A stretch of 64,000 nucleotides of DNA from Escherichia phage vB_EcoP_EcoN5. Under the pieces are notes generated by a model, which saw only the letters and a list, made by a program, of their open reading frames with translations, was not told where the DNA came from and did not search any database. Each line of letters opens with the position of its first letter. Position 1 is the first letter of the stretch. The position numbers and the translations under genes are program-made. Below, in pieces: positions 18,356 through 30,553 of the stretch. Where the stretch lies: the sequence record MN715356; one strand, 5' to 3'.

Positions 18356-19408
18356 ATGTCTTTATTTGGAAAATCAGCTTCTAGCAAAACCACAGTGGCC
18401 CCTTCCTCTCAGGTTGATGCCCTGCTGAAGCAGATTGTTGCTAATGCTCAGAATATGCAGAACAACGATCCGGGATTCATCTCCCAACAGCTGGCTGGGT
18501 TTAATGGCAATCAACAGGGCGCTCTGAATAACTTAGCAGCTTCTACAACTCAGAAGCAATTAGCTGATATGTACACACCACGTACACAGCAAGGGTTGGA
18601 CCAACTAAACTCTCTTGCCCAGCAGTATCAGAATATTGTCAATGGTGGTGGTCTAACTGCTGATAGTGTTAATAACTTCAGTAAAGGGTTGAATAACTCA
18701 GCTCTTGCTCAGGCTACTAGCAAAGCAGCTTCTAATGTTTCTCTTGGCAATGGCTCTGATTCAGGCTCTCTCCGTAGGGCTGCGGCTCAAGGTGCTGCCC
18801 TGAATGGTGCTAATACAAATCTATCTCGTACCATCAATGGTAAGAACATGGGAATCAGTGCTCTTCAACAAGACCAGAACTTCCAGAGAGGTTTGCTTGG
18901 TGCTCAGTCCGGTTTAGCTGGACAGAATCTCAATCTTGGTGCTCAAGGTGTTCAGGCAACTCAACAAGCTATTCAGAATCAGCTGATGGCTGGTAATCTG
19001 CAACAGCAACAAGCTCAAGCTCAAGCGGATATTAATTGGCAAAATGCTATTGGCTCTCAGCAGTATGGGTGGAATCAGCTTAACAATCAGCTTAATGTAT
19101 TAAACAGTGTAAGCCCAATGGCTGGGTATACGATTAAGAATGCTGCTCCGGGAGTCAATGCTGGACAACAGCTCCTAGGTGCTGGTATCACTGGTTTAGG
19201 TATTGCGGGTCGTATGGGTGCTTTCTCCCCTAACCAACAGACTCAGAATGCTTGGAGTTCTTATAACAACTCAGGTGGGCAATCTGGAATGGCTGGTCCT
19301 ATGATTGGAGGTTCTAATCTTTCTCAACAGAAAGGTCAATCTAACTGGTTATCCACAACGGGTAATAATATCTTAGGCGGAGTCTTAGGGGCATTTGGAG
19401 CAAACTAA
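18356..19408 (+). CDS. Q/N-rich internal virion (ejection-type) protein
   Basis: 350 aa, about 25 percent Gln/Asn, low complexity; tandem paralog of next gene. Confidence 0.45.
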   Translation: MSLFGKSASSKTTVAPSSQVDALLKQIVANAQNMQNNDPGFISQQLAGFNGNQQGALNNLAASTTQKQLADMYTPRTQQGLDQLNSLAQQYQNIVNGGGLTADSVNNFSKGLNNSALAQATSKAASNVSLGNGSDSGSLRRAAAQGAALNGANTNLSRTINGKNMGISALQQDQNFQRGLLGAQSGLAGQNLNLGAQGVQATQQAIQNQLMAGNLQQQQAQAQADINWQNAIGSQQYGWNQLNNQLNVLNSVSPMAGYTIKNAAPGVNAGQQLLGAGITGLGIAGRMGAFSPNQQTQNAWSSYNNSGGQSGMAGPMIGGSNLSQQKGQSNWLSTTGNNILGGVLGAFGAN

Positions 19409-19420
19409 AGGAGATTTAAT

Positions 19421-20389
19421 ATGGCACTTTTCGGAGGCGGGGGTAGTAAAACTACTTCCCAAATGATTCGCCCTGAATATATTCAACAGTATATTGACCA
19501 GCTTAACCAGCAGATTGGTAATACTAGTTCAGGGGATTATGTCTATCGTGACAACGTAGGATTTAATAACAACCAGACAGAAGCTCTTAATAATTTGGCT
19601 CAATCCGGTGCTCTAGGGACTCTCTCACAACAATACATGGATGCAGCAGGTCAGGGATTGGGTTATCTCGATAACGCCTATAAAGGTTATCAGAGCCTCT
19701 CTGGACAAGGCGGGATTACTGGAGAACAGATTGGTGCTCTTGCTGGTCAACTGTATGACGACGATGCTGTTCAGGCAGCTATTACAGCTAATAACGAACA
19801 AGTTCAACAGAACCTAGCACGTAATGCTCTTCCTCAATTGGCTCAACAGTATGCTGGTCAGCAGGGTTCAGGTGCTCGTATGGCTAAATCTTTTGCTCAG
19901 GGTGATGCTCTGAATCAGATGCAAAATCAAGCAACAGATATTACCAATAGTGCTTATAACTCGGCTATCAACCAAGCTGAAAGCATTCTCTCTGGTAATA
20001 GACAGAATCAGGCAGCTGCTCTCTCGGGCCTTTCTACTATTGGTTCTAACCTTTCTAACCTAGGTCAGCAGGGTGCTAATTTGTCTCAACAGCAAATAAT
20101 GAATCAGTGGAATGCAGGGTTGCAGCAACAACAGCAACAACAGAATGAATATGATAATGCCTACCAGAATGCTCAGAACGCAGCTAATTGGGGATGGCAA
20201 GATATCAATAACCAACTCGGTGCAGCAGGTGTACTTAACGGTGCTCTCGGACAAACTACAACTACTAAAACATCTGGTGGCAAAGGTGGTTTCCTTGGTG
20301 GAGCTATGAGTGGTGCAGCAGCAGGTTCTTCCTTTGGGCCTTGGGGTGCATTAGCTGGGGGTGTAATCGGTGGGTTGGCTAGTACTTAA
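19421..20389 (+). CDS. Q/N-rich internal virion protein, paralog of 18356..19408, Gly-rich hydrophobic C-terminus
   Basis: Shared motifs with upstream gene (M-x-LFG..SKTT, ALNNLA, QQQQ...NW(Q/G)W); C-terminal GGFLGGAMSGAAAGSSFGPWGALAGGVIGGLAST. Confidence 0.45.
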   Translation: MALFGGGGSKTTSQMIRPEYIQQYIDQLNQQIGNTSSGDYVYRDNVGFNNNQTEALNNLAQSGALGTLSQQYMDAAGQGLGYLDNAYKGYQSLSGQGGITGEQIGALAGQLYDDDAVQAAITANNEQVQQNLARNALPQLAQQYAGQQGSGARMAKSFAQGDALNQMQNQATDITNSAYNSAINQAESILSGNRQNQAAALSGLSTIGSNLSNLGQQGANLSQQQIMNQWNAGLQQQQQQQNEYDNAYQNAQNAANWGWQDINNQLGAAGVLNGALGQTTTTKTSGGKGGFLGGAMSGAAAGSSFGPWGALAGGVIGGLAST

Positions 20390-20402
20390 TTAGGAGACAA
20401 AT

Positions 20403-22058
20403 ATGCAACAGACAACTTACGCTCAGGTCAGAAGTCGTGACCCGAGAAATACTTTCTATGGTGTTAATCCGGGAGCGGCTTCGGCCTCTCCTTATATGGC
20501 TAGACCTACTCAGACAGCAGATATTTCTATGTATCAACGTCCTTCTGTACCTTCATCTCTTGCGGGTCTTGTCTCTCAGGCAGAAGAAGATCAGAATGCT
20601 ATGGTTAATCCGGGATTCCAGCAACGTCTTATGGAACAGCAGAATCAAGGAACTCCTACCAGCCTTCAGGGTATTGATATTGGAGCACCAGCCCCTGTAT
20701 CAGCTAATCCTAACCTATCCACTGATCAAGGTTTACAGGATGCTGGGCTTATACCTAGTGACCCTCTTCCGGTAACACCTCCTTCTAAACCACTAGAAGC
20801 TGGTCCTATGGAGTTTACTCCTTCTCAGGTGGAACAGGCACAAGGTGTGATTAACACTCTTGCTCAAGGACAAGACACTGGTGATGGAATGGCTGCTGCT
20901 ACTCGTGCTAAAGATCAAGAACGTGTTAACAATGATATTTTGCAAGTTGCGAAAGCTAAAGACCCTTCAGAAGCTTGGAATAAATTACAGAAAGAACCAT
21001 TCTATCAGAACTCTAGTTTCTACACAGGTTTGATGGGTGTAGGTCTTTCAATTATGTCAGGTAAGTCTCCTATCGAAGCTTTCCAGATTGGTCAGGGAAT
21101 GGCTAATCAAGATGAGACTAAGAAGCAACTAGAAGCTAACCGTGATGCCCTGATTGAACAAGGTTTCTCTCAAGACTCAATCGCAGCTGCTATTGCTAAC
21201 GGAGACCCATCCCTGCTGAAGATGAAAGCTGTAGACCCTGCTCAGAAAGAAGCTCTGTATGCTGCTCGTGAAGAACGACAAAATGCTGAATGGGATAGAC
21301 GTCAACAGATTCAAGAGCAGGCTATGCGTGAACGTGCCGAGGAAACACGTCGTGCTGCTGAAAAGAGAACTAATATGAACTTTGAACGTCAGAAAGAGTT
21401 GATTGGCTATCGTGATAAAGTTAAGGCTGAACGTGCTGAACAAGTTGCTCAAAGTTTCAACTTCCCCACAAAAGAAATCCGTAACGCTCAGAATACAGCT
21501 GAAGGTACTATCGCTAAGCAGTGGGCAGAGAAAGGTGGCTTGTTTAACCAGTCTAATAAAGACTTGGACTTGGCTGATAAAGCTGTTAAGGACAAAGACT
21601 ATCAGACGGCCCGTTCTGCTTACATGCAGGCTATCATGAACTCCGCAAGAGCTGAAATTGGTTCTACTCGTTCTCTCACTGAAGAAGATTTGGGGCATTT
21701 TGCAGAAGACCCATCAATCTTTATCCGTGTAGGTAACAAGTTTGCTCTGAAGTCTGGGTGGCGTCCTACTGATTCTGCTCTTGCTTATGCTCGTAAACAG
21801 GCTAATGTCGGTCACACCTCTGCTATGAAAGGTGTTGCTGATGCTAAGAGAGATACTATCAACGCTTATGTTGGTTCTGGTATGGATAAGAAGAGAGCTA
21901 CTGCATTGGTTAACCGTGCAATTCCTTCTGGTGGTTTCTATGACCCTCTCGGTGTTTTCTCTGATGAAGCAGAAGATTATGTTGGTGGTGCAGCAACCAA
22001 TCCTAAACTGAACGGTGCTTTATCAGCTGTCGAAGACACTAGCTGGTTCACGCAATAA
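20403..22058 (+). CDS. internal virion protein (hypothetical)
   Basis: 551-aa ORF in structural operon, coiled-coil/charged C-terminal half. Confidence 0.4.
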   Translation: MQQTTYAQVRSRDPRNTFYGVNPGAASASPYMARPTQTADISMYQRPSVPSSLAGLVSQAEEDQNAMVNPGFQQRLMEQQNQGTPTSLQGIDIGAPAPVSANPNLSTDQGLQDAGLIPSDPLPVTPPSKPLEAGPMEFTPSQVEQAQGVINTLAQGQDTGDGMAAATRAKDQERVNNDILQVAKAKDPSEAWNKLQKEPFYQNSSFYTGLMGVGLSIMSGKSPIEAFQIGQGMANQDETKKQLEANRDALIEQGFSQDSIAAAIANGDPSLLKMKAVDPAQKEALYAAREERQNAEWDRRQQIQEQAMRERAEETRRAAEKRTNMNFERQKELIGYRDKVKAERAEQVAQSFNFPTKEIRNAQNTAEGTIAKQWAEKGGLFNQSNKDLDLADKAVKDKDYQTARSAYMQAIMNSARAEIGSTRSLTEEDLGHFAEDPSIFIRVGNKFALKSGWRPTDSALAYARKQANVGHTSAMKGVADAKRDTINAYVGSGMDKKRATALVNRAIPSGGFYDPLGVFSDEAEDYVGGAATNPKLNGALSAVEDTSWFTQ

Positions 22059-22125
22059 GACCTAAGTCCTGCCTTCTATAATGTATATAGGGGGTAGGAC
22101 ATTTTTATTTATAAAAGGAGACGTT

Positions 22126-25100
22126 ATGGCTAACATTAAACCGTGGGAAGAAGCTTCCAAAGCTCCTGCGTATCTGAATGCCTCTCCGGAGCAGCAAGCT
22201 CAAATGAGAGAACAATATAAGGCAGCAGGTGGCTCTATTCCTGAGGAACAGCCAGTAGCACAACCACAACAAGAAGAACGTGGTGTTATAGGTGAGTTTG
22301 CTCAAGGTGTGTCAAATGCTCTTCAATCTGGTGGTGCAAATATTGCAGCTAGTGCTGCTAAAGGTATTGGTGGTTTAGTTGAGATTGGTGAGAATCTAGC
22401 TGGAGCACAAACTAGTTATGGTAAGCGTATCCAAGAGAACTCTCAGAACCTTCTGAAAGAACGTATGGATAAGATTGAGGATGGGATTGGTAAAACTGCT
22501 GGGCAATATGCTGGTGTTGTTGGTGATATTGGTTTGACTGTTGCTAACCCGTTAGCTGCTGCTGCTATCATCGCAGGTCGTGAGACAGGTCGTGCATATG
22601 CAGACCAAACTCCTGAAGAGGGAGAAGATAAGTCTATTCTAGATGCAGCCTTAGTTGGTGGTGCTAACTATGCGGCTCAGAGAATCCTTCCAGGTGCTGT
22701 CGGTACAGCTGAGTCCACACTTGGACGTATTGGTCAGAACGTTGCTAGTAACGCAGTGGCTGGTGCTAAAGGTGGTGCTCTTGTAGGTGCTGCTGAAGCT
22801 CAGAACAAGCATGGAGATGATACAACCTTTGCTAATGTGTTAGAGGGTGCTATCGAAGAAGGTGCTATGGGTGCTGCATTTGGGGGTGCAGTTGGTGGGG
22901 TTCATGGTTTGATTAGCCGTCCGGATTCTGCTGTCTTCAAGAACACTCCAGAGTATGCGAAGACTGATATTGCTGCTGATGATGAACTGATTCGTAGTGC
23001 TAAGAACGTTGATGAACTGAAAGAAGCCTACTCTAAAGCTGATACTGCTAACGCTGCTTCTGCTCTTAATCTTCTGGATGAGAATGGATTCCGTATCACA
23101 GATGCTGTTGCTGTAGATTCTCCTGCTGCCCAGCGTATTCTTAATACAGACCAAGCTCGTGCTGAGAAAGCTGCTTCTGCTCAGAAAGATCACTCTAACA
23201 TTCCGGGCCTCAATCCTTTAGCTGCTCCTTCTAAGACTCGTGGTAAAGCATTCGCTGATAATGAGCACAACCAGAAACAGGCTGTTGCTATGAAGGATGC
23301 GATGGCTGACTACACCAAGGATAACACGAAAGCTCTTACAGATGTTCTAGACAACCTAGATCGTGAATTAACTTCTCTTAGAGCATCTGGGCACTTCACC
23401 GGTAGTCCACTTGACGTTAAGAATCGCACACAAGCTGACCGTGATTTCATTGATGCTTACAAGACTTTCTACAACGAGGCAAATCGATTCAAAGCTCGTG
23501 ATGGTGAAGACTTTAACAACTTTGTAGAGAAAGCTGCTGAGCTACAGAAGATGGCTGATAATGTTTCTCCAGAGATGAAGAAAGCTATTGGTGGGCTGAA
23601 GAAACTGAAAGGTATGCCTGAAGGTTTTAATCCTATTCAAGATGCTTACACTCTGAACAATACAGCTAAGTTCATGAGCAACCAAGATCGTGGTTGGACT
23701 TCCCTGACTGATGATGGATTCCGTGAGGCTTCTTCTCCTAGTCTGGTTATGAACACACTCGGTGCTGCTAAGTATGCTCTGAATCGCTTCTCTTCTCAGC
23801 GTGCTCGCTCTCAACGTGTTAAGCAACAAGAATCTAACAGTGAAGCTATCCGCTCTCTGGCTCGTGGTGATTTGGAAGTTGCTCGTGCTAAGTCCACTGC
23901 TGATGAAGCTCGTGCTAAAATGGAAGAAGAACCAGTTGTTGATGACATTAAATTTAAGACGCAAAATGACGTGGAAACCGAACCGGTTCGGGAGCCTTCT
24001 TCTAGTACTGTGACGGAAGAAAATCTTCCTTCTTCTAATCCTCAAGAAACTCCTCTTACGGCCCGTGATTTGGTTGCGCAAAGACGTGCTATCCGTCAGG
24101 CTGAACAGCGTCGCGCTGAAGAAGAGGCAGCGGCTGCTCAAGAAACTCCGGTTGAACAGGCTCCACAGGCTGAACCCCTCCCTGCTCGTAATCCTTTAGA
24201 GGAACGTCGTGCAATGGAACAGCAACGTGCTCAAGAAGAGACCGCACAGGCTCCAGAACCAGCTGTAGAGGAACCAACAGTCAAAGCTGAGCCATTACCT
24301 GCCCGTGCTCCTAAAGCTCCTCAGGAAGCTGTACAGGATGTTAAACCGGAAAGTGGTGTAGAATTCCTAGCTGCTATGTCAAGCACTGCTCGTCAAGTTG
24401 CTAAAGATCGTGCAACACGTTTTGCTAAATCTTTATACTCTAAGGCTGCTAAAGCTAAAGCTACTGCTGAAAACTTCTTGGCTTACAAGGGAGACCCTTT
24501 GGAGTTGATGCGGCGTATTCGTCGGGAAGATAATGCTATCAACACTGAACGTCATGAAGAAATGGCTCGTAACCAGCTGGCTTCTCAGCAAGGTATTGCT
24601 ACTGCTAAGAACAACACTGTACGAACTAATTTTGCTGAATGGGTTAAAGAACGCGGTCTACCAGAAGACATTGCTACTAAGGCATTACGTGCTGAAGAGA
24701 AAGGCTTAGGTGGGAACGTAACTAACTTAGATAGTCTGAAACGTCGTGCTGAAAGGTTGTATCAGAAGCAGCGTGAGGATGAGTTTGACAGGTTATATAA
24801 AGAGGCTCTGGAAGAGAATAAAGCTTTCGATAAGAGAGATGCTCCTAAACTGGTTGACCAGAAGAAAGAGCTTCAGTCTGAGATTGACACTTTAATTGAT
24901 TCAGAACCTTTACGTCCTGCCCAGAAAGATGCTATGCGTAGACTGATGAATGATTATGTAGATGGGAAGTTTAAATCTTCAGAGAAGGCTGGTAGGGAAG
25001 AGGCTTTGGAAGTTGGTCAGATGAAGGATATTTGGGATGGGTTTATTAACACCTATAACAGAGAAGTGAATGCCTTCAACAAAGCTAACAAGAACTCTCA

Positions 25101-26547
25101 ATACGAAGCTGCTGCTAAGCATTTACAGGCTCGTGAAGAACGTCTTGCTACTCTGAGAAACAAAGCTCAGGCTCGTTCAGATGCTAAGGCTGCTGTTGAG
25201 AATGAACGTAAAACTCTAGAGGCTATTGCAGCTCAGAAGAGTGAGATTGAGAAGATGATGGAAGGTTTACCTAAACCTGTTCGTGAGGCTCAGGAATCTC
25301 GTACATTGAAACAGTTGGCTGCTCACCATGATAAGAACTCTCCAGTTCCTCCAGAGAAGTTCCGTAGTTACATTGAACGTATCCATAACGCCGAGTCAGA
25401 TTACCTTGATCGTCAGCGTCGTTTAACTGATGCAGAGGAGGATGCTCGTCAGGCTAAGTGGAACAAGATGTATGATCAAGCGGAAGAGATGGACCGTAAG
25501 TTTGATATAGACAAAAGAGTTAAGCGCAGTGAAGAGCTTAAAGCGGCTCAGAAGCGTGAGAATGACCTTATGGCAGTACAACGTCAACGTGACGACATTC
25601 ATCGTCGCCTGATGCATACTATGGAAGATAAAGGCATATCTAAAGAGGATGCTGAAGCATTTGCTGGTTCCTACATGGATAACCGTTATGCACTTCTTGA
25701 TAAGCCTATGACTCCTACTGAACACCAGAATGCTCGTTCTCGTATCGAGGCTGATGTTGAGAAGTTCGCTAAGAAGTATGAATCAATGACTCCTATCGAG
25801 AAAGAGATTGTTAAGGTTACTGGAGATACTGAAGGTAAGCTTGATAACTTGGATGCGGATACTAGGAAGGCTGTTGAGGAGGCTCAGAAGGTTGACTCTG
25901 ATATTAAGAAACTGCAAGAGGAAGAGTTGGAGATGGAGAAGATTCGTTCTGCTCTGCCTGACGATGAAAAATCTCAAGCAAATTCTGATATCTTGGAAAG
26001 TATCAAACAACAGGAAGAAGTCTTTGCTGATAAAGTAGAGAAAGCTTTCTTGAGTGGGAAGAGCTTGGATGAGTTAGCTAGCGTGGCTGAAGTTTTAGAC
26101 AGGGTTCATGGTTCAGATAAAGCTGGTAACAACCGTCGCTTTGTACGTGCATTGCAAACTGCTGCTGAAAACAAGAAGAAGTATGGTGATAATCCGGTAG
26201 CTTGGTTTAGTGCTGATGATTACTCTGCCATTGCTAAACTTGGTGCTTCTTCCGCAGGTGGTAACAAATCTAGAGCACTGGAGAAAATCTTTGGTTCTAC
26301 AGCTGAACAGGCTAAGAGTAAGTTGCTTGGTAGGGATGATGTAGCGAAGATGAGACGTGTGATCGAAGAGAACCCTGATATCAAGATTCCTTCTTACAAG
26401 ACAACGAATCGTACTGAGTACTTGCAGTTCTTGGAGAAGTTTAATGACGAAGGGAAGCCGAAGATTAAACGTGGCTCATTGTCAGAGAAGCTTGAACGCA
26501 GTAAGCGTCAATCGAGACTCCGTGTAAGAGTTCGACCTAAGGAGTGA
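22126..26547 (+). CDS. large internal virion / DNA-ejection protein (coiled-coil rich)
   Basis: 1474 aa from ATG 22126 (RBS AAAGGAG); extensive charged helical regions; last gene of structural arm before bidirectional terminator. Confidence 0.5.
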   Translation: MANIKPWEEASKAPAYLNASPEQQAQMREQYKAAGGSIPEEQPVAQPQQEERGVIGEFAQGVSNALQSGGANIAASAAKGIGGLVEIGENLAGAQTSYGKRIQENSQNLLKERMDKIEDGIGKTAGQYAGVVGDIGLTVANPLAAAAIIAGRETGRAYADQTPEEGEDKSILDAALVGGANYAAQRILPGAVGTAESTLGRIGQNVASNAVAGAKGGALVGAAEAQNKHGDDTTFANVLEGAIEEGAMGAAFGGAVGGVHGLISRPDSAVFKNTPEYAKTDIAADDELIRSAKNVDELKEAYSKADTANAASALNLLDENGFRITDAVAVDSPAAQRILNTDQARAEKAASAQKDHSNIPGLNPLAAPSKTRGKAFADNEHNQKQAVAMKDAMADYTKDNTKALTDVLDNLDRELTSLRASGHFTGSPLDVKNRTQADRDFIDAYKTFYNEANRFKARDGEDFNNFVEKAAELQKMADNVSPEMKKAIGGLKKLKGMPEGFNPIQDAYTLNNTAKFMSNQDRGWTSLTDDGFREASSPSLVMNTLGAAKYALNRFSSQRARSQRVKQQESNSEAIRSLARGDLEVARAKSTADEARAKMEEEPVVDDIKFKTQNDVETEPVREPSSSTVTEENLPSSNPQETPLTARDLVAQRRAIRQAEQRRAEEEAAAAQETPVEQAPQAEPLPARNPLEERRAMEQQRAQEETAQAPEPAVEEPTVKAEPLPARAPKAPQEAVQDVKPESGVEFLAAMSSTARQVAKDRATRFAKSLYSKAAKAKATAENFLAYKGDPLELMRRIRREDNAINTERHEEMARNQLASQQGIATAKNNTVRTNFAEWVKERGLPEDIATKALRAEEKGLGGNVTNLDSLKRRAERLYQKQREDEFDRLYKEALEENKAFDKRDAPKLVDQKKELQSEIDTLIDSEPLRPAQKDAMRRLMNDYVDGKFKSSEKAGREEALEVGQMKDIWDGFINTYNREVNAFNKANKNSQYEAAAKHLQAREERLATLRNKAQARSDAKAAVENERKTLEAIAAQKSEIEKMMEGLPKPVREAQESRTLKQLAAHHDKNSPVPPEKFRSYIERIHNAESDYLDRQRRLTDAEEDARQAKWNKMYDQAEEMDRKFDIDKRVKRSEELKAAQKRENDLMAVQRQRDDIHRRLMHTMEDKGISKEDAEAFAGSYMDNRYALLDKPMTPTEHQNARSRIEADVEKFAKKYESMTPIEKEIVKVTGDTEGKLDNLDADTRKAVEEAQKVDSDIKKLQEEELEMEKIRSALPDDEKSQANSDILESIKQQEEVFADKVEKAFLSGKSLDELASVAEVLDRVHGSDKAGNNRRFVRALQTAAENKKKYGDNPVAWFSADDYSAIAKLGASSAGGNKSRALEKIFGSTAEQAKSKLLGRDDVAKMRRVIEENPDIKIPSYKTTNRTEYLQFLEKFNDEGKPKIKRGSLSEKLERSKRQSRLRVRVRPKE

Positions 26548-26549
26548 TA

Positions 26550-26592
26550 AAAGAAAAGCCCCCAACCGAAAGGAAGGGGGCTTTATTTGTTT
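26550..26592. terminator. bidirectional rho-independent terminator at convergence of the two arms
   Basis: AGCCCCC-(12-nt loop)-GGGGGCT hairpin flanked by A-run upstream and T-run downstream. Confidence 0.55.
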
Positions 26593-26908
26593 CTAAGTTT
26601 TAAAAACCATCAAATTCGTCATACATCCCAATTCTCTTCAGAAATCTGGATGTTCATCTTCAAAGCATCCTGAGATGCCTCCATAGAACCAGTCTGATTT
26701 ACTTCCAAGGATAACAACTTCTTCATTCATATACCCTCCTAGATTGTGTTTATAAAATTAGTAAGTTTCTCTTCACTTTCATCAAAAGCTTTTCCAGCTG
26801 CTTCCATCTCCCAAGTATTGGCATTGTCAATAAAGCTCTGAGCTTCTAACAGGTCGTGGATTAAGTCGAAGAGTTTATTTTTATCTGCTTGTGTGATCAT
26901 GTTAGTTC

Positions 26909-27136
26909 CTAGATTAAATCGTAATACTGAATAATGTCAGAGAGTTTGAACTCTCGAATCTCATCTTTCTCTATATCTATCGCTGTCATAATCCAACAAG
27001 GTTTGCCACCGTTATGAAAACGGGAGCTAGCAACGGAGGTTCGGAGTGGAATAACGGACCGGTCAGCAACCTCGCCTCTCCAATTGCGATAGCGAAAGCG
27101 AAGCACTTGTTGCGTAGATTTTTGATCATCACTCAT
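26909..27136 (-). CDS. hypothetical protein
   Basis: ORF 26909..27277 trimmed to internal ATG (MSDDQK) because 5' part overlaps HNH gene in another frame. Confidence 0.3.
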   Translation of the reverse strand: MSDDQKSTQQVLRFRYRNWRGEVADRSVIPLRTSVASSRFHNGGKPCWIMTAIDIEKDEIREFKLSDIIQYYDLI

Positions 27137-27530
27137 TTCCTTTCTTGAATTGTTTTCTTGCATCATTCTCTTCTTTTGTTTTAATCTTATGACAAGGGTC
27201 TTTACATAGAACCTGAAAACCTTCTTTCTCACACAGAGCACGAGAGATGATTTCATCCCAAGTTGCTTCATGGTCAAGAGGAACTATAGGCTCTATGTGG
27301 TCAATAGCCATATCCTTTACAGGGTGGTCAGAACCACACATGGCACACTTAAAGTGCATTGCCAGTCTGCCTGTCTTTGGATTAATCTTCTGCTCTGTCT
27401 TGGCGTCTGCTAGTGCATCGAACATGGGCTTCCACTTTCTAGTCAGAGAACGAATCCCTGACTTGATGAAAGAGTTGTAACGAGCTTCAGTCCACATTCC
27501 ACTACAGCGAGTCTTCTCAGACTTCGCCAT
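27129..27530 (-). CDS. HNH endonuclease
   Basis: Motif CAMCGSDHPVKDMAIDHIEPI...CxxCH with Cys/His spacing of HNH nucleases. Confidence 0.5.
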   Translation of the reverse strand: MAKSEKTRCSGMWTEARYNSFIKSGIRSLTRKWKPMFDALADAKTEQKINPKTGRLAMHFKCAMCGSDHPVKDMAIDHIEPIVPLDHEATWDEIISRALCEKEGFQVLCKDPCHKIKTKEENDARKQFKKGNE

Positions 27531-27696
27531 AATCAGCTTCTTCCCAAACTCGTTTGTTTACACGATGACTCACTTTACCCTCACGAGGAATACGACCAGT
27601 TCGCTGATCAAACAGTTGATGTTTAATCTTTTGGTCTTTACGAGATTCACGATTGGAGGAGTTTTCATCATATGAACGATAATCAAATTTACCCAT
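27517..27696 (-). CDS. small basic hypothetical protein (59 aa)
   Basis: Unlisted short ORF filling the gap between exonuclease and HNH genes; stop overlaps HNH start. Confidence 0.25.
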   Translation of the reverse strand: MGKFDYRSYDENSSNRESRKDQKIKHQLFDQRTGRIPREGKVSHRVNKRVWEEADYGEV

Positions 27697-27709
27697 TATA
27701 ATATCCTTA

Positions 27710-28528
27710 TTACCAAGATTTATCTAACCATGTCCAGTCGAACAGGTCTTCCGGAGTCTGACCAACAAAGAGAAGCCGAGCATTCTCAAGCATCTTCTCT
27801 TCATCTTCAGTATCGAACTTCTTATAATATTCCATTCGTACTATATGATACATGGTCCACTTGTCTGTAACACCAGCCAACAACTTAGCTGCTGCTTTCT
27901 TCCCTATTCCTTGACGTCGAAGCTGAAGCTTACCGCCCCACATAACTTCTTTACGTTCTCCACATCCGGGGATATTATCTGTACCGTCTCCAACCAACAT
28001 CTGATAGAAGAAGTTTTGCCATGAAACTAAATCAGATACATAGTGAGGAGGAACTTCTTTCTGTCTTTCTCCACAAGCCCAACGGTAGTGCCATCCGGGA
28101 GTTATCAACAAATCCTTGTCTCTAGTACAGATGATAGTGTTCTTATCCCTACGTTGCCTTTCAGCTAGTGCATCATCAGCCTCTCTCCCAAATACATCTA
28201 TGTATTCATATTTACCTTTAATGTAATCACCAACATTTTGCCAGTGAAAAGGTCTTTCTCCGGGAGGTCTATTTGCTTTGTAGTCTTGCTGCTTAGCAAC
28301 ATCAAAACGGAAGTTACCACCTTCGCTGAAGTAGAACACAACCTTACTGCAACCTGATCGAGCTATGATTGTATCAATCTTATATTGAAGTCGTTCAATC
28401 ATGAAATTGTAATCAACTGGAACACGTCCTGTGTCAAGAAAGGGATGCTCCTGAGTAAGAGCACCCACTTCATATCGAAGAACGTCAGCATCCACTATAG
28501 CTACTTCAGGGAGCTTAACGTCTTCCAT
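27710..28528 (-). CDS. 5'-3' exonuclease / flap endonuclease (PIN-like 5'-nuclease)
   Basis: Acidic active-site clusters VAIVDADVLRYE, GREADD, TRDKDLL, GDGTDNIPG typical of FEN-type nucleases. Confidence 0.6.
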   Translation of the reverse strand: MEDVKLPEVAIVDADVLRYEVGALTQEHPFLDTGRVPVDYNFMIERLQYKIDTIIARSGCSKVVFYFSEGGNFRFDVAKQQDYKANRPPGERPFHWQNVGDYIKGKYEYIDVFGREADDALAERQRRDKNTIICTRDKDLLITPGWHYRWACGERQKEVPPHYVSDLVSWQNFFYQMLVGDGTDNIPGCGERKEVMWGGKLQLRRQGIGKKAAAKLLAGVTDKWTMYHIVRMEYYKKFDTEDEEKMLENARLLFVGQTPEDLFDWTWLDKSW

Positions 28529-28529
28529 A

Positions 28530-29056
28530 TTATTCTCCTAACAGCTTACGAATTTCACTACGGAAGTTATCGTACTCTTCAGGGTATTCAAACCCACACT
28601 CTAACATTGCATAGTGAACAACCTTAAGCAAGTCTTGAACCTTGTTCTTATCTTTGTGTCGATAAGCATATTTGATCATGTTACATTGCTGGAAATTAAG
28701 CTGAGGGTTAGCTGCATAGAACTCAATAGGTTGAATCTTCTTGGAGTCAGGGTCATAATGAGCACCGCCAATCATTACATCTAGTGCTGGACTTCTTTGG
28801 CTAGTCTGCTCAGTTATGCTCTTGAAGCTTACCACAGGAACAGAAGAGTAAATTGGATACTCTTCACCTACTAGCGGTTTTACTGTCAGCCTTTTCACTG
28901 CATACCGAATCTCTGTATCAGCAGAGCCTGAAGAGATCTCTTCAATAGATTTACGATATCTATCAATAACCGTACTTAACATAGAAACTGCCCTAGTCTT
29001 CTCTTTTAGTTTCTCTGTTAGTACAATAACTTCTGCTCTTTTGGATTCAAGTTCAG

Positions 29057-29066
<10 letters not shown>
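28530..29066 (-). CDS. hypothetical protein
   Basis: 178-aa co-oriented ORF with tight spacing. Confidence 0.4.

Positions 29067-30552
<1,486 letters not shown>

Positions 30553-30553
<1 letters not shown>

Noticed and set aside
20060-20309. Leu-rich ORFs 20060..20254 (minus) and 20112..20309 (plus)
   Set aside because: Alternative-frame and antisense readings of the CAG/CAA-rich Q/N gene; low-complexity artefacts.
22081-22125. Upstream start of the 1488-aa ORF given by the ORF track
   Set aside because: The ATG at 22126 has a proper RBS (AAAGGAG); the 15 extra codons overlap a hairpin/terminator-like region after the previous gene.
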